A stretch of DNA of 64,000 nt from a bacterium (GTDB lineage: Bacteria; UBA8248): assembly GCA_965213685.1 (NCBI GenBank), contig CBDBZY010000064.1, forward strand, positions 1,216,001 to 1,280,000. The letters are read 5' to 3'. This document shows positions 25,399-62,690 of this stretch, piece after piece. Within the stretch, counting starts at the first letter, position 1, and each line of letters begins with the position of its first letter. The translations under genes and the position numbers were made by a program. The notes under the pieces are model-generated. The model did not search any database. It was given only the letters and a program-made list of their open reading frames with translations, and was not told where the DNA came from.

Positions 25399-26076
25399 AT
25401 GGTATCGTTGACACTGACTGTCACTGCTTCTAGTATTTGTACAATGTAGTTGGAAAAGGTGAATACATGATCAATATATTTGCTGAGCACAAGACAACCT
25501 ATATCATAGCATGTGTGCATGCGCATGTGCATGTGTGATTGGGTGTGTGTTCATAGTTCAAAGTTAGTGCAGATAGCATACATAGTAGACACCTTCCTAA
25601 CTTCAAATGCAGATAGGATTTCTCCCCAGTCCCAAGTTGTTTTTTGTTTTTTGTTTTTTTTACGCGCATTGGGTTTGCATTCGATTTTCGTTTCCCATTT
25701 CCGGATTCCTATATACCAGCCGAGGCTAAACCGCCTGTACGCGTGTGCACGTATTAAGGCGCGCGCCGACCCTTGCGTGCCATACACCACAAATATTCTC
25801 TTAAGTTCAATTACGTGCCTCTTACGTTACGTAATTCACGCACTGACTTGGGCGGCAAAGTGAACCCCAGCCTAGCTCTACTCCCTAACACCGTCTGTGC
25901 CCTTTTTAATATCTTGATTGGAGGGGGTCTTTGCCTGCCTAAGAAGTAGCTTAGTTGTGTGATGGAACGAGAGGTATATAGGATTAGGCTTGGTCCAGGA
26001 ATTACAAAGCTTTATCAACCTACATGTACTTGCACACAATCAGCAGAGTATGGTATACTTCAGCCAATTTTGTAAT

Positions 26077-26400
26077 CATCATCATCATCATCGAGGGCTG
26101 ACCTAGCCCAACTAGCCATGCACCCAGCAGTCTGCAGAGCCAGTTTTGCAAACATGTAACTGCCACTTTGTACATGATGAGTGACTGAACTTGCCAGCCT
26201 TATATAGCACTGCTCCTTCAACCCTCAACCACCATGGAATCACTCAAAATCTTTGAAAAGCTCAAGAGCATAACTTGATAAGTGCATCCTTGTAAGCTGG
26301 ACATTCCCACAGTACATGACCACTCTCTCACTTGGCACCAGACATGTACATGCATGTACACTCTTTTGCCAGTCTGCCCCCTGTGTCGGTCTAACTCTTC
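26077..26400 (-). mobile_element. LINE 3' fragment with (CAT)n run
   Basis: EELDRHRG..C..VMYCGNVQL-like remnant; ends in catcatcatcat. Confidence 0.5.
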
Positions 26401-26401
26401 A

Positions 26402-26800
<399 letters not shown>

Positions 26801-27566
26801 AGTGTACGTTCTTGGGCTGCTCAAGCCCAAGCGAACTTCTGTTCCTACTCGAACATCTAACACTGAGCTGATGTAGTGTAATTATATTTCTGAGGTGATA
26901 CTTCTACATGTAGCTGTACTGAGATGTTCCTTGTGTATATATGATCAATGAGACTGCCTTGATTTGTGGTGGGTTTCTTAGCCCTTTGTGTAAAAGCTGT
27001 AAAAATGCATGTAATCCTGTTTTTTTAATAAAACTAGAACAAGACAGGGGAAGGGGAGGAGAGGAGAGGAGAGGGGAGGGGAGGGGAGGGAAAGGAAGGG
27101 AAGGGAAGGGAGGGAGGGTGGTGGGTGTGTGTGTTTGCAAGTGCAATGTTTGTGAATGCTATTCAGCAGTGCTAGTCATAAGGCTAACGTACACTTCTAC
27201 AAAGACATGCATCAAAAAAGAATGGCATGACTACGGTGAATACATTTATCCATTATCCATCTCTAAGCTGCGCAAGGGTTATGCACTTTCCAAGTGCTTT
27301 TCATTCAAAGCATGTGTTCATTCCTAGATTGTAGGAAATGCACTAAAATGTGTAACTGTGTAGATTCCCAGAATGTGCTGAACATGTGCTGAACATGTAT
27401 ACATGTATCTGTGTTGAAAACTTTAAAACACTCTCCCATTCACAGATGTCACTCTAAAACACAATCATCATCGATATCATTGATACAATTGCAGCTGTAT
27501 GTCTACCCTCTATATGCTCAGATACAAATATAGTTTCTACTAGTAACTGTTGTATCATAATCAATG

Positions 27567-46676
<19,110 letters not shown>

Positions 46677-46869
46677 TGCTACAGAGGTACAGGAGACACA
46701 TTGTGAGTAAATACAATCTCTAACTTGGCACTCATGTATACACCAACACACACACACACACGCACACACATGTACATGTACATGTATATAACCTACGTAC
46801 GTAGATCATAACCTACATGTACATGTGCATGTACATGTGTAGTTACATACATGTACATGTACATGTACA

Positions 46870-47140
46870 TGCCTTCTCCTACATGCTAAGTTAGAGTTTC
46901 CCCGGGTAGAGACGTCTTGCCTTGCCTTGTATTGTCTAATTCAACCCACAATCACTGAGCTGCCTTGGTAGCTTAGTGGTAGAGCCCTTGTCAAGAGAAC
47001 AGAGGTGCGTGGGTTCGAATCCCACCTGGGGCAGCTCTTCTTTTCCTCTCAAAAGGAAGAAGAGAGCCAGTCTAAGGAGGTGGTGTTGTGTTGCCTTGTT
47101 TTGTATTGAATAGGTCTCATAGATTTAATCATGTATGTAC
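46870..47140 (+). mobile_element. tRNA-containing retroposon family B
   Basis: gtagcttagtggtagag..gggttcgaatccc; embedded in (TACATG)n. Confidence 0.72.
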
Positions 47141-47547
47141 ATGTACCTAAAAGTCACTATTATTAGTGGGCACAAATACATCTATTAGTGGATCTTAAAA
47201 AATAGTGAATGTAGCAGGTACTAATCTTAACGATATTGCAATTTATGTTTTCAGTTACAAGTAGAATGAACACGGAACAAATGTAATGGTAAATATTATA
47301 TTATTACTATGGTAATTATGAATGAATTGAATGCCATAAATGGACTCCAATAATCGGTGAAGAGCTTGTACGTACATGTAGCTAAGAAAATATGCTGCAA
47401 TGTCCATAATACATATACATGCAATGTTTGCAATTGCTGCCTTGAAACTACTATATACCAGGAACTATTTGTCCATCCAGTTAGATGTCTACTAGTGCCA
47501 GTCCGCAGATTAGCTCCAGCGGAGACAGACACACAGGAAAAATACAG

Positions 47548-48087
47548 TACTACAGTGCAAACCCTCGGTGCAGTTACACGGCATGCTACAACAGCCTGCA
47601 CAAGCATTGCTGGTTTAATACTCAATTGGGCTATAGTCTAGTGTCCTGCCTTGTCTTTATGCTTTAGAGTCTGTGCACATACATGTGTGCACGTACTATA
47701 GCCCCGTACCCAGGCTAGCTAGGCCCTCTCCTCACGCATGCGCAATCATACAGATGACCTTTGTCCTCATAAGATAGCGTGTGCATAACACATAAAAGAA
47801 CATGTAACGGAGAGTATAGGAAACATTGCACATAAATTGCACATGAAGACAAAATGGCCGTCCCTGCAGAGGTAAGTAAAAGCACTCTAATTTTTGAACC
47901 AGACGTCTTTAGGAAAAACGCCTTTATAATTGCCTCAAATTCGACGCTTAGCATGATGGTGTCTTTGGTTTTACTTGTGTTTGCGCATACCACCAGAATA
48001 GTGTGCAGACTCACAGAGACAGACACACACACACACACACAGGACAACTACTGTAACCCTCGCTGTGCATGTGTGCCAAGGGTTAAT
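47548..48087 (-). mobile_element. HINE copy
   Basis: Close paralog of 16072-16627. Confidence 0.75.
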
Positions 48088-48649
48088 TACCCTTCTTGTG
48101 CATGTGCACCGAAGGTTAAAAATGTACAGGCATGTAGGAATGGCAGTGCCAAAAACCACAGAAACCATATACATGTATACATGTACATGCACATGTGTAT
48201 AGGGATGGCAGCGACCAGGCAAGGCAGGCCATACAAATACTACACAAGTAACACCATCTCTACATTTCCGTTTTTATCGATGCTATTTTTGTATGATATA
48301 AGATTATTGGGAAGAGGTAAAAGATTGTCTGTCAGTAAGTCTAGCTACATGTACCTGGGGGGTATTGTTCAGTAGAGAAACGCTGGAATAGGATAGCTAC
48401 AATGTATATGTACAATGTACATGTACGTGCTCTGAAAGGCTTAGAACGCATGTTGAGAAAAGGCTTTCCAATGTACACGCACTATGGGCATGTCGGTCCC
48501 TACATACTTGTAGAGAGTCTACCTACTTTCTGATAAGATCTTCTATCCATGAACATATACATGTACATGTACATGTACATGTATACTGTGTAAACTAAAC
48601 TATCCTTCAGGGTAGGTAGTTGATTACAGCTACATGTACTTCACGAAAA

Positions 48650-49770
48650 TGGGAGTGATATGCACAAGACTGAATATTTTGCAAAAGCAAATGTAAATTT
48701 TCAACATGGTGTCCACAGACCAGGAAAGGTTGTTGCAGAGTTAGGCTGACACAAAGCAACAGTAACAGAAAGAGAACGGCAGTAACAGAAAGAGGATGAA
48801 TCCACACTGTATTAGCCTGTGCTGGTGCTTCTGGATGTACATGTACATGTACTTACACACGGAAAAGAATGGCATCTACAATGTATGCTCAAGTGGGTGC
48901 ATTTCCAGGCACTATGTTTCAATGCAGAATACAAGATGGGTGACTGCAGAATTGTTTGAAAAGTAGTCTCAATTCCCCATCATGAATACCTCACAAGTGA
49001 GTCCAGCTTTGCTCGTCTTGGATGGCCATGCTTTTCATGTATCGATTGCCATTGCAAGGACCAGTGAGATTCATATGTTGCGCTTGCCAGCTCACTCTAC
49101 CCATCTTCTTCAACCTTTGGAAGTTGGAGTTTGAAATGTCACTACCATAAAGCTTGCAGAAAGTACATGTACCTGTAGTTGAATACGTGAGGAGGGTAAT
49201 CCCTACAGAAATGATTGCATCATTGTTGGCTACATGATCACTTGCATTCAACCCTATAAATTGTATTATGGCAGGATTCAAGAAAACAAGGATATGTCCT
49301 TTAAACCCAAAAGAGACCAGTGACTATGAACTGGCACCAGCTAAAAGTATTCCAGAAAGATGTGACAAGTAAATGTTTCAAATCTGAATAAGCAAGGGTA
49401 GTGAATCTTCACCAGGCAGTGGAACAAGTGAGAGTTTGTCACTCATAAGTCCCAGTACATCTGAAAGAACTTCCAACAGCTCACGCTCGATTACTCTATT
49501 CTATAGCCTGGGGAAGGAATAAGCAGTAAAGCAAATGCACAGAAGGCAAAGTAGTGGATGAACTGAGAGTAACAGAATCTGAAAGAAGTGAACAGAAGAA
49601 GCAGAAAGAAACAGATGGACAGAAGAGAGGAGAGAAGGGGCATTGAAGTACAACAGTTTGTGAGCAACTAGAAAAGCTAACTTGATATCTCCAGGAAGAA
49701 TGCCCAGAATGTGGGCTTATCTATGGTAAAGATGGCATTCTGTGTCATGCTAATGCAATCCCAGACTACA
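48650..49770 (+). pseudogene. pogo-type DDE_1 transposase pseudogene with possible C-terminal PHD remnant
   Basis: LLVLDGHAFH, LPAHSTHLLQPLEVGV; later ECPECG. Confidence 0.75.
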
Positions 49771-50479
49771 GTTCTGTACAAAATCCAACACAACCCAGGG
49801 TCAATGACTCGTCATGTAAAGACTGACCCATTTGGTTTATCATGCATTGGTGCCCGAATTGCCTGTACCTTGGTTCCCGAATTGCCTGACTTACATGTAT
49901 AGTAGTACAAAAACTCATCACTTGTTTAGCTCACGTTCATTATCTCCTAACAGATTATGAACAGAACTACATGTAACTTGGAGCGATTACTCTATAGGGC
50001 ACAAACGTTTATATGGTAGTAGGATGCCTAGCTAAAATGTCTACACATTTGCCTCAGTGAAACTAGTCCCTAGCCCAGCCCTAGCCTCCCATCCCATCAT
50101 ACTTGGGATGGACTAACCATAACCTAGCCCTAGCCCTGTCACACGACTAACCAGTTCACGGTAATACGTACGGTTCGCGCGTATGGTTAGTCGCAGTCGT
50201 GCGACAGGGTAGGCCAGGTATAGGCTAGAGACTATGGTTAGTCGTGTGACAGAGTGAGGGCTAGGGGTAGGCTAGGTATAGGCTAGGGAACAGTTTGACT
50301 ATGCTTAAACCTATTGCGGAAGTGATTCGCTTGGTCCGTCTATTGAAGTTGATCCGATACTTCCAAGACATCAACAAACCAGCTTCAGGGAGAAGCTTAG
50401 CCCTAGCCTTTCCCTCCCACACGAGTGAATGTTTGCTAGGCAAAGGACTAGTTTCATAAAGTAGACATCATACTGATCT

Positions 50480-50528
<49 letters not shown>

Positions 50529-50611
50529 TCAGTGCTTTGCTCGAGAGTCTCACTACACAGTCCACGCACCGACTTTCAGGAAGCAATAATTATTAAGACA
50601 AGATTATGTCA

Positions 50612-51198
50612 GGGTGTTACTAAAACCCGGGACGGGACGGGACAGAGACGGGACGTCCCGTCCCGCCCCGTTACTAAAATACGGGACGAAACTGCGAATG
50701 CATACACTGATATCGGTCGATATGCACTCGAAATGTGGAAGTAGATGGCTTAGAAACGTCCTGGAAGCTGAATATAGTACTTCCAAGCTAGAGTTATGAG
50801 TTCACATCGTCTAAGCAGACCATTTCGCCTACACGCAAGCAATAGATCCGACTGAGCTACTTGCCAGCGTAGAGAATATAGAAATACAGAGCTCCTGCAA
50901 TCAGGAGAGATCATTTTTTGTTAGTAAAACTAAATAGCACATCCGAAAGAATATAGGTGAACTTACAGCGATTTTTGACGCCGCCTCGCGGTCTTCTATA
51001 GCTAACATGGCTTGCTTAGACGATGTGAACTCAAAACTCTAGCTTGGAAGTACGATATTCAGCTTCCAGGACGTTTCTAAGCGATCTACTTCCACATTTT
51101 GAGTGTATATCGACCGATATCAGTGTATGCACTCGCAGTTTCGTTCGGACGGGACGTCCCGTCTCTGTCCCGTCCCGTCCCGGGTTATAGTAACACCC
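50612..51198. mobile_element. Long-TIR MITE (Mutator-like)
   Basis: GGGTGTTACTAAAACCCGGGACGGGACG...CGTCCCGGGTTATAGTAACACCC; ~200-bp inverted arms. Confidence 0.85.
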
Positions 51199-51220
51199 AC
51201 TTACGTCACGTGATAGGTTT

Positions 51221-51987
51221 AGGCCAGGCGTTCTTGCTAGGTGCAGAGTAAAAGCCGCACTCGAAATTACAGGATCTCACTCTTACGTCATGGCATTACG
51301 GCGTAAGCTTAGAAGCTGTTCATTCACGTTAGTTACGAAACGCACTCGCACACATGCACATCAGTTGAGAAGCTAGATTGTCTGCAAAACGCCGAAGTGC
51401 CACCATGCCTAGCTGCAAAGGTGCAAGAGCTGGGTTAGCCTGCTGTATAGCCTTGCTAGTTGCACTACAAAACTTTGTCTCTAGATCGCCAAAAAACGCC
51501 TAGTCTCGCGAGCCAGACCCTCTCGGCAAGCGGTTTGCCGTGAGGGTCTGGCTCTCGAGACTATCCAACGCGTAAGTGGCACCATAACCAGCTGGCAAAG
51601 GTAAAGGTCAGTGTGTCTGCTAGCTTTATCTTTATACTGCATGTGCAAACCACCCGGTTGAAGTTGAAGGATATGAAGAGACTAGCTTGAAACGTATGCA
51701 TGTGTACGTGTGTGCGTTGTGACTGTGCGTGCAAACCCCACCGACACGAGCTTGAATATCTACAGTGCCTGGTACAAAGCTAACACCGTGAACTCTTGTA
51801 CCTCTGTGGCTAGGCATGATGGCGCTTTGTTTGGCGGCGTTGGATGGCAGCTTGCAGACACTAAGAAACGACTAGCTTGTTATAGAATGAAGAAACTAGT
51901 TCGTATGTGCACGAGGGCGTTTCGTGACCACGTGTACAGAGTGATAATAGAACAGTATTTCTGCACCTACCAAGAACGCCTGGCCTG
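51221..51987. mobile_element. MITE with nested 63-bp TAG..CTA hairpin (51501-51563)
   Basis: aggccaggcgttcttgctaggtgcaga / tctgcacctaccaagaacgcctggcct. Confidence 0.65.
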
Positions 51988-53569
51988 GCGTTCTAGTTCT
52001 TGCTGAAATTACAGGATCTCCCCCTTACGTCATGGAATTACTGTTCTACTAATAGAATGCCCGCATTGTGGGCGAGCGGGAGGGAGCCAGCTGGAATAAT
52101 CAGATGCTTATCTTGAATAATAGCTTGACATAGGTTTCTGTAGATGTACATGGATCCAACATCTTTTGAAGTAGCAACATTTGCAACAGCAGCCAAAGTA
52201 GAGTGTTAGATCACTAGCTATACTGCACAACCCTTCAGACTGGCTCCTTGGAGATGTCCATGCTTTCAGATGCTAAGCTATGAAGTGATGTCTGAACGCA
52301 CACTGCATGTACCAACAGCCAAGTCACTTCCTCAGCCTGTTGGAATTAAGTGGAATAACATTTAGTAAACAGCTTCCGATCGACACCATCTTCGTACGAT
52401 GTCTACAAGCAGGAGCTTGTGAGCGGCGAAGCCGCGAAGGAGCGTGTAACTACCGCCTACAGCTGGGTGCCATCCAAATCCAGAATCATTAGCCAGCTAA
52501 CTTCCAAATATGGAAACCACTCGTTCAATCAAGCGTCAGAGTGACGCACCATGCCACCTACGCATTCCGTGATAGCGATCTGGGACTCAGTCAGATGCAG
52601 AAGCAAGAGATCGGCGCGGCGCTTAGCTAAGCGAGCGACAACGCTAGCAGAAAGCGGAGTAGATTTGACGATGCCGGGACACCTAACCGCTCCGGGCGAA
52701 TTTTTTTTTTTTGGAACCACTTTCGACATAGAATTTTCTTCAAAGGCAAAGTATGCATGCGCAATCGTGAGACCACACCCCTTCGAACGTTGATTGTGGA
52801 AACGTGGAAGTAAGGCGCTTACTTTTCAGCGTACTAGGTAACCAATTAGTAGCTCATAGGGGAGTGAAGACGCAAAAAGCGAGTTGTGTGAGACAATTTC
52901 GGTGCAAGCAGCAGCTCTAGGAAATAGGAAGTGTATTCAGAAAGGCCTGAGCATCACCAGGAGCAATAGTCAAGCAGGGGCAAAGACTCCAAGTACAACG
53001 GTGTGTGTAGTGCTGTAGGCTCTAGGGTGCATGATCAGGTTGCGGGTACGAACACAGTGGTACGTGAGTAGTAATACATAGAATATTCCTGTCAAGGCGT
53101 AAATTTCACTTTGTGACACTTCCCTGCAGTTTGCTATCAACATCGTATGCATGTAAGGGAGTACAACCGATGCCCCTTTCTGTGTTTTTTATGATTGGTA
53201 TGATTGGTATGCAAGTACCTAGAGCCCACCTTGCCTTTGCCCATGCTTGACCACAGATTAACGAGCGGGATGCTTGACTAAAGCTCCTGATGACGCTCAA
53301 GCCTTTCGTCATGACTGAATACACTTCCTTCTTCCTACAGCTGTTGCTTGCACCGCAACTGTCTCACACAAAGCGCGGCAAGCGAAAGACTTTTATCCTT
53401 CACGATGACACAAACGAGACGCAAACAACAAAATGGGTTACAAGATGTGAGGTCGTCCTATCAAAGTACAAAAGCTGCATGTCAGAAGTGAACGTATCTG
53501 TTCGTACAGCAATGTCTGTAGAAGGAATACTGATTGTACGAGGTAGTTGTCGATACTTTGATGTTTCAA

Positions 53570-54097
53570 CCCTTTCCCTCTCAAAAGTGCGCATTTTTGC
53601 GCACTTTCTAGAACAGCGTAAAACTGGAGAAATATGGAACATATGAAGATGTAATGTCGGCATGAGGGCATTTTACTGATACACGCACCCCTTGAAGTGG
53701 CCTCTCGGCGTTTGGACGTAGCGGTTGGAGCTTTGATGTAGCTTTCATCTCTGCTATTGTATACCCCTTTCGCTCTCAAAAGTGCGCATTTTTGCGCACT
53801 TTCTAAAACAGCGTAAAACTGGAGAAATATGGAACATTTGATGATGTAATGTCGGCATGCGGGCAATTAACTGATAAAAAACTCCCATGCACCCCTTGAA
53901 GTGGCCTCTCGGCGCTTGGATGTGGCGGTCAGAGCTTTGATGTAGTTTTCATCTCTGCTATTGTATACTTTAAAAAAAAAGCAAGAAGCCTAGCAAGCAG
54001 TGTGATGAAGCGTCAGGGAGGGCTAGAGGTGGCTGGAGTGAAGTCTGGGCTCTGCACGTAGCCATAAATGGGCCGCGCGGCTTCGATCTGTAGGAAT
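53570..54097 (-). mobile_element. Two partial piggyBac-like MITE copies (53570-53764 older; 53765-54097 younger)
   Basis: Both begin CCCTTTC(G/C)CTCTCAAAAGTGCGC; their missing halves are at 63811+ and 60138-60292. Confidence 0.85.
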
Positions 54098-56311
54098 AGA
54101 GGCCTTGCACCGGAAGTAAATTTGGGGGTGTGTCCGTAGCAACCGTTGCTATCCGCCATCTTTGGGGGCATCTGCGGTACATCGAATAGTGCGTACGTAG
54201 AACGAACTGCCGTGCTTTCATCCGTCCTCCTATTCTGAAGAAAGATACAAAGCAAAGTTGTCCTTGCAGGACCTAAGATAGATCGATGCAGTACTTAGTA
54301 GCGGACTTAGATGTCTGCTGGAACTATATGGTAGTGGCCTGGAGGCATCACTGATGGGGAGTCTGTAATCAGTGGACTAAATTGGACTGGACTGGACTGG
54401 ACTGGACTGGACTGACCTTTTGTACAAAGTGCACCCTAAGCATGCAACTACAAGTAGTGTATTGTGTTTGTTGCTACTTTGAGGAGGCTCTGCAGCCATG
54501 TATACCTACTGTAATCCTCAAAAATCATGTAACAGTTGCAAAGCAGGAGGGGGGGGGGGTTGCAGGCTTGAGTGCACTCTTTTCTGACTGAACCGTCATT
54601 ATTTCTAGCGCTGGAGTTTAACTGATCTTACAAACTTGTTGCAAAAGCCAGTACTGCTGTTCATCCCATGTGCACTACCCAGTACAGGGGTTCATACAGA
54701 AGTTTTCGCCGGGGGGGGAGACATCGCAAAATTTCGACGTTGTAAAGGTATTGCATAACACTTCCTGCGATGCCACATATATATGTTCGTATTGACTGAG
54801 TTAACGTTTATGTAGCTATATTTCCCATGGAAAATGAGCAAAAGATCTGCTACCAATTCTGTTCTGCTATCACAAACCTGTCACTTGCATTAAATCTATT
54901 GATATATCATAGTACAATCCTGAAATTCTGGGGGGGGGAAATCCCAGGGTGCCCCCCCCCTCTGTATGAAACCCTGCAATACCAGAGGTCAAAGTTCAGA
55001 AATGTCTGCACATCGAGCACAGATGCATTGGAGGTACCACACTCCTAGTAGAGATCAGGTAAAATTGAACTTTGACCACTGGCATTGGGAAGTGTACACG
55101 AAATCCTATATTATAATAGCCTACAGACGGCAATTATAATCCAGGACGAAATTAACAGCAGTATTGGCTTTTGCAACAGTCAGTAAGATGAGTAAAACCT
55201 CCAGCGCTAGGAATAACATGGTTCAGTCAGCAAAGAGTGTGCTCATGCCTGCCCCCCTCTGCTTCCCCCTCCCTGCACTTTGAAGGGTTAGCTAATACTC
55301 ATGGCAGGATTGCTAGGGCAGCCTCTTGAGTATTATTTATATGTGACTGCAGAGCCTACTCAAAGTAGCAACAAACACAATACACTATAACGCATGATAT
55401 AGTTAAGTGTCATGAATGCACAAAAGGTCAGTCCAGTCCAGTCCCACTGATTACAGACTCCCATCACGGATGTACTACACACCATCAACGAATAGAGAAA
55501 TTGATGTAACTCCAAATGATAATCTACATTGGTATGCTTGATGGTGATATAGCCTCCCTGAACAAGAAGCAAGTTGCAGCAGTTTGGCCTGCCTGAACCT
55601 GTTACTCTTATGTGCACTATGATGTAAGCTCAGCTGTTGTGCTTCACTATCTAAATTCCCCCTCAGCATCACGTATTAGGTGAACATAGATAGGTATTAG
55701 AAACTGTAACTCACCTCCATGGCTGGCACACAGATAGCATTAAGCTTATAGTAGTAGGTATAGCATTTGACAAGCACATAAATTGTACAGAGATGTGCAC
55801 ATCATCGTCAGCATGGGAAAGATCAGTTGAGTCTCACACTAGTTGCACTTGTAACCATGTTGAGCCATACATGTAAATTTATGACCAGATTAACTTTGGA
55901 GTGACTGATTGCACTTTCCATGACAGCTCTAAATAACATCTCGGACTCACTCACTCTATGTTAACTAAACCCTTAACATCATATAGCATCCTGTAGTCGC
56001 ATAACAGACGCAGGTATGGGTGTCAACACCATAATACATATCGAGCAAGAAGCGTTCTGAACATGCGAGATGACTAGCATCCTTGCTACGGTCGTCGCCA
56101 GACGCCGCTTGAGCTAGTTTGCTCCCCTCGATTATGCTGTACGGCAGGTAGAGAGAAGAGATCAACGGTCTTGTCCCTTCCAGAACTCTTGGAGTAACTC
56201 GAAACACAGCGTGTACTCTACCAAGTCGCGTACAAAGGAACTGCCGCTTGCCCCCAAGGATGGCGGCTTCCGGTGTATCACATGACCTATGACGTCAAGT
56301 GCAAGGCCTCT
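54098..56311. mobile_element. ISL2EU/Harbinger-like element with AT TSD, containing nested MITEs (54357-55462; 54685-54976)
   Basis: AT-AGAGGCCTTGCAC...GTGCAAGGCCTCT-AT; possible THAP remnant (ACSERF). Confidence 0.65.
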
Positions 56312-56315
56312 ATAT

Positions 56316-56801
56316 CCCTTTCGCTCGAGTTCCCGCGATGGAACGAGCGAGCGACGTGACACGGTCTTTCTTAGATCTCCGTTTACTTCCGGCCCTTCCG
56401 CTCGCCTGGCTACCTCCATGGCAACGGCATAGCCCGCAGGTCTCCTGGCAACCAATTCAAACCTCCGTATTCCTACAGATCGAAGCCGCGCGGCCCATTT
56501 ATGGCTACTTGCAGAGCCCAGACTTCACTCCAGCCACCTCTAGCCCTCCCTGACGCTTCATCACACTGCTTGCTAGGCTTCTTGCTTTTTTTTTAAAGTA
56601 TACAATAGCAGAGATGAAAGCTACATCAAAGCTCCGACCGCCACATCCAAGCGCCGAGAGGCCACTTCAAGGGGTGCGTGGGAGTTTTTTATCAGTTAAT
56701 TGCCCGCATGCCGACATTACATCATCAAATGTTCCATATTTCTCCAGTTTTACGCTGTTTTAGAAAGTGCGCAAAAATGCGCACTTTTGAGAGCGAAAGG
56801 G
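56316..56801 (+). mobile_element. piggyBac-like MITE (~486 bp)
   Basis: CCCTTTCGCTC...GAGCGAAAGGG-TTAA. Confidence 0.85.
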
Positions 56802-57639
56802 TTAAGGGTTGCTTCAATTTTTGAAACTTCAGGAAATCATCAAAAAACTGATCTAAAAGCAAATGCATACATACAAAATCATGGAAACACAGTGTAGAGC
56901 ACACAATCTCACTGAATACACACTCAACATACATGTACATGTACATGTACATACTTCCACATGCACATGTTCACACATACATGTACATGTACATACATAC
57001 AAATCAGTAGGAAATACACAGAGAAGAGTCAGTTGAAGCTGTCAGTGCCGGTGGAATTCAGCAAAGCAGCTTGTCTGTGGTAGCATCCTCTTACTATGCT
57101 GTGACACTGGCACCTACATGTACATGTACATGTACTGTACATGTGCCTCCTCTTCAAACCTACATGTACATGTACATCTGAAACTTGAACAAAGTAACAC
57201 ACTCTCTCATTCTTTCTCACCGTATCTACTCTTTCCTTGGCAGCTCCTGGTCTACCCCTTTCTGTGAGCCTACCCACTCCAAAAGTACTAATCCAGACGA
57301 AAGGCAAGTAGATCCTTAGGCCAAGCTCTGTACATCGTAGAGTGAAATTATGCAGTATCAATAGCATGTTAATATTGAGTAACATACACTATCACTATCC
57401 TAAAGAAAGTGCAAAGACACTTACATGTACATGTACAAGTCTGCTGCCGATTCAAGGTGCATACAACACAATCACGCCTACTCACAACACCCACACCCAC
57501 ACCCTCACCGACTCACTCACTATCAATCAAAAATGCCCCACCCACATACATGTAGATCCATCCAAACCCGCATAATTAACTCCCCACCCACACCACACCA
57601 ACATACACCATCCATCAAGGCTGCCCCGAGCCCTCCTCA

Positions 57640-59460
<1,821 letters not shown>

Positions 59461-59629
59461 TCTCTGCTAACCGTGATAGCTCGTTTCTCTCGAGCTGTTC
59501 TCGTTTTCGCCCGATTCTGACCTCTTCCATTCTTTAATTCTTTCCGTAGACACAGCAGAGACGCCTCTCTCTTCGGAATAAGGCGCTTTATCCCGTGTCG
59601 TTTTCGCAGCAACACCAAGGAATAAATAA

Positions 59630-60133
59630 CCCTTTCGCTCGAGTTCCCGCGATGGAACGAGCGAGCGACGTGACACGGTCTTTCTTAGATCTCCGTTTAC
59701 TTCCGGCCCTTCCGCTCGCCTGGCTACCTCCATGGCAACGGCATAGCCCGCAGGTCTCCTGGCAGCCAATTCAAACCTCCGTATTCCTACAGATCGAAGC
59801 CGCGCGGCCCATTTATGGCTACTTGCAGAGCCCAGACTTCACTCCAGCCACCTCTAGCCCTCCCTGACGCTTCATCACACTGCCTGCTAGGCTTCTTGCT
59901 TTTTTTTTTTCTGCTAGGCTTCTTGCTTTTTATACAATAGCAGAGATGAAAGCTACATCAAAGCTCCGACCGCCACATCCAAGCGCCGAGAGGCCACTTC
60001 AAGGGGTGCGTGGGAGTTTTTTATCAGTTAATTGCCCGCATGCCGACATTACATCATCAAATGTTCCATATTTCTCCAGTTTTACGCTGTTTTAGAAAGT
60101 GCGCAAAAATGCGCACTTTTGAGAGCGAAAGGG
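59630..60133 (+). mobile_element. piggyBac-like MITE
   Basis: ATAA-CCCTTTCGCTC...GAGCGAAAGGG-TTAA; near-identical to 56316-56801. Confidence 0.85.
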
Positions 60134-60454
60134 TTAAATACGGAGGTTTGAATTGGTTGCCAGGAGACTTGCGGGCTACGCCGTTGCCATGGAGGTAGCC
60201 AGGCGAGCGGAAGGGCCGGAAGTAAACGGAGATCTAAGAAAGACCGTGTCACGTCGCTCGCTCGTTCCATCGCGGGAACTCAAGCGAAAGGGTTATTCCT
60301 TGGTGTTGCTGCGAAAACGACACGGGATAAAGCGCCTTATTCCGAAGAGAGTCGTCTCTGCTGTGTCTACGGAAAGAATTAAAGAATGGAAGAGGTCAGA
60401 ATTGGGCGAAAACGAGAACAGCTTGAGAGAAAAGAGCTATCACGGTTAGCAGAG

Positions 60455-62320
<1,866 letters not shown>

Positions 62321-62520
62321 GCAGCCTTGATGGATGGTGTATGTTTGTGTGGTGTGGGCGGCGAGTTAATTATGTGGGTTGGGATGCATCTACATGTATG
62401 TGGGTGAGGTATTTTTGATTGATAGTGAATGAGTCGGTGAGGGTATGGGTGTGGGTGTTGTGAGTAGACGTGATTGTGTGTATGGACCTTGAATCGGCAG
62501 CAGACTTGTACATGTACATG

Positions 62521-62690
62521 AATAATCAGTTATAGAGACAAGGCAAATGCAAGCAACGACACCCGAAGACAACTCCTTTTTTTCCAGAGAAAAAGAAGAG
62601 CTGCCTCGGGCGGGACTCGAACCCGCGATCTTCTGCGTTCTAGGCAGATGCTGTACCAGCATCTGCCTAGAACGTGTAAGTGTGCCTAGA
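62521..62690 (-). mobile_element. tRNA-derived SINE-like insertion unique to the right arm
   Basis: B box gggttcgagtccc on the minus strand; absent at the equivalent left-arm site (~57425). Confidence 0.75.

Noticed and set aside
46677-46769. N-terminal extension of the EXOC8 ORF (MCACVCVC..)
   Set aside because: It is intronic GT repeat upstream of an AG acceptor; the true start is the ATG at 46676.
52100-53560. CpG-rich region with short ORFs (possible promoter or TE gene)
   Set aside because: I could not establish a recognisable domain or consistent splice model.
56299-56897. Repeated short ORFs (MERASDVTRS.., MPACRHYII..)
   Set aside because: They recur only because they lie in MITE copies; there are no transposase motifs.
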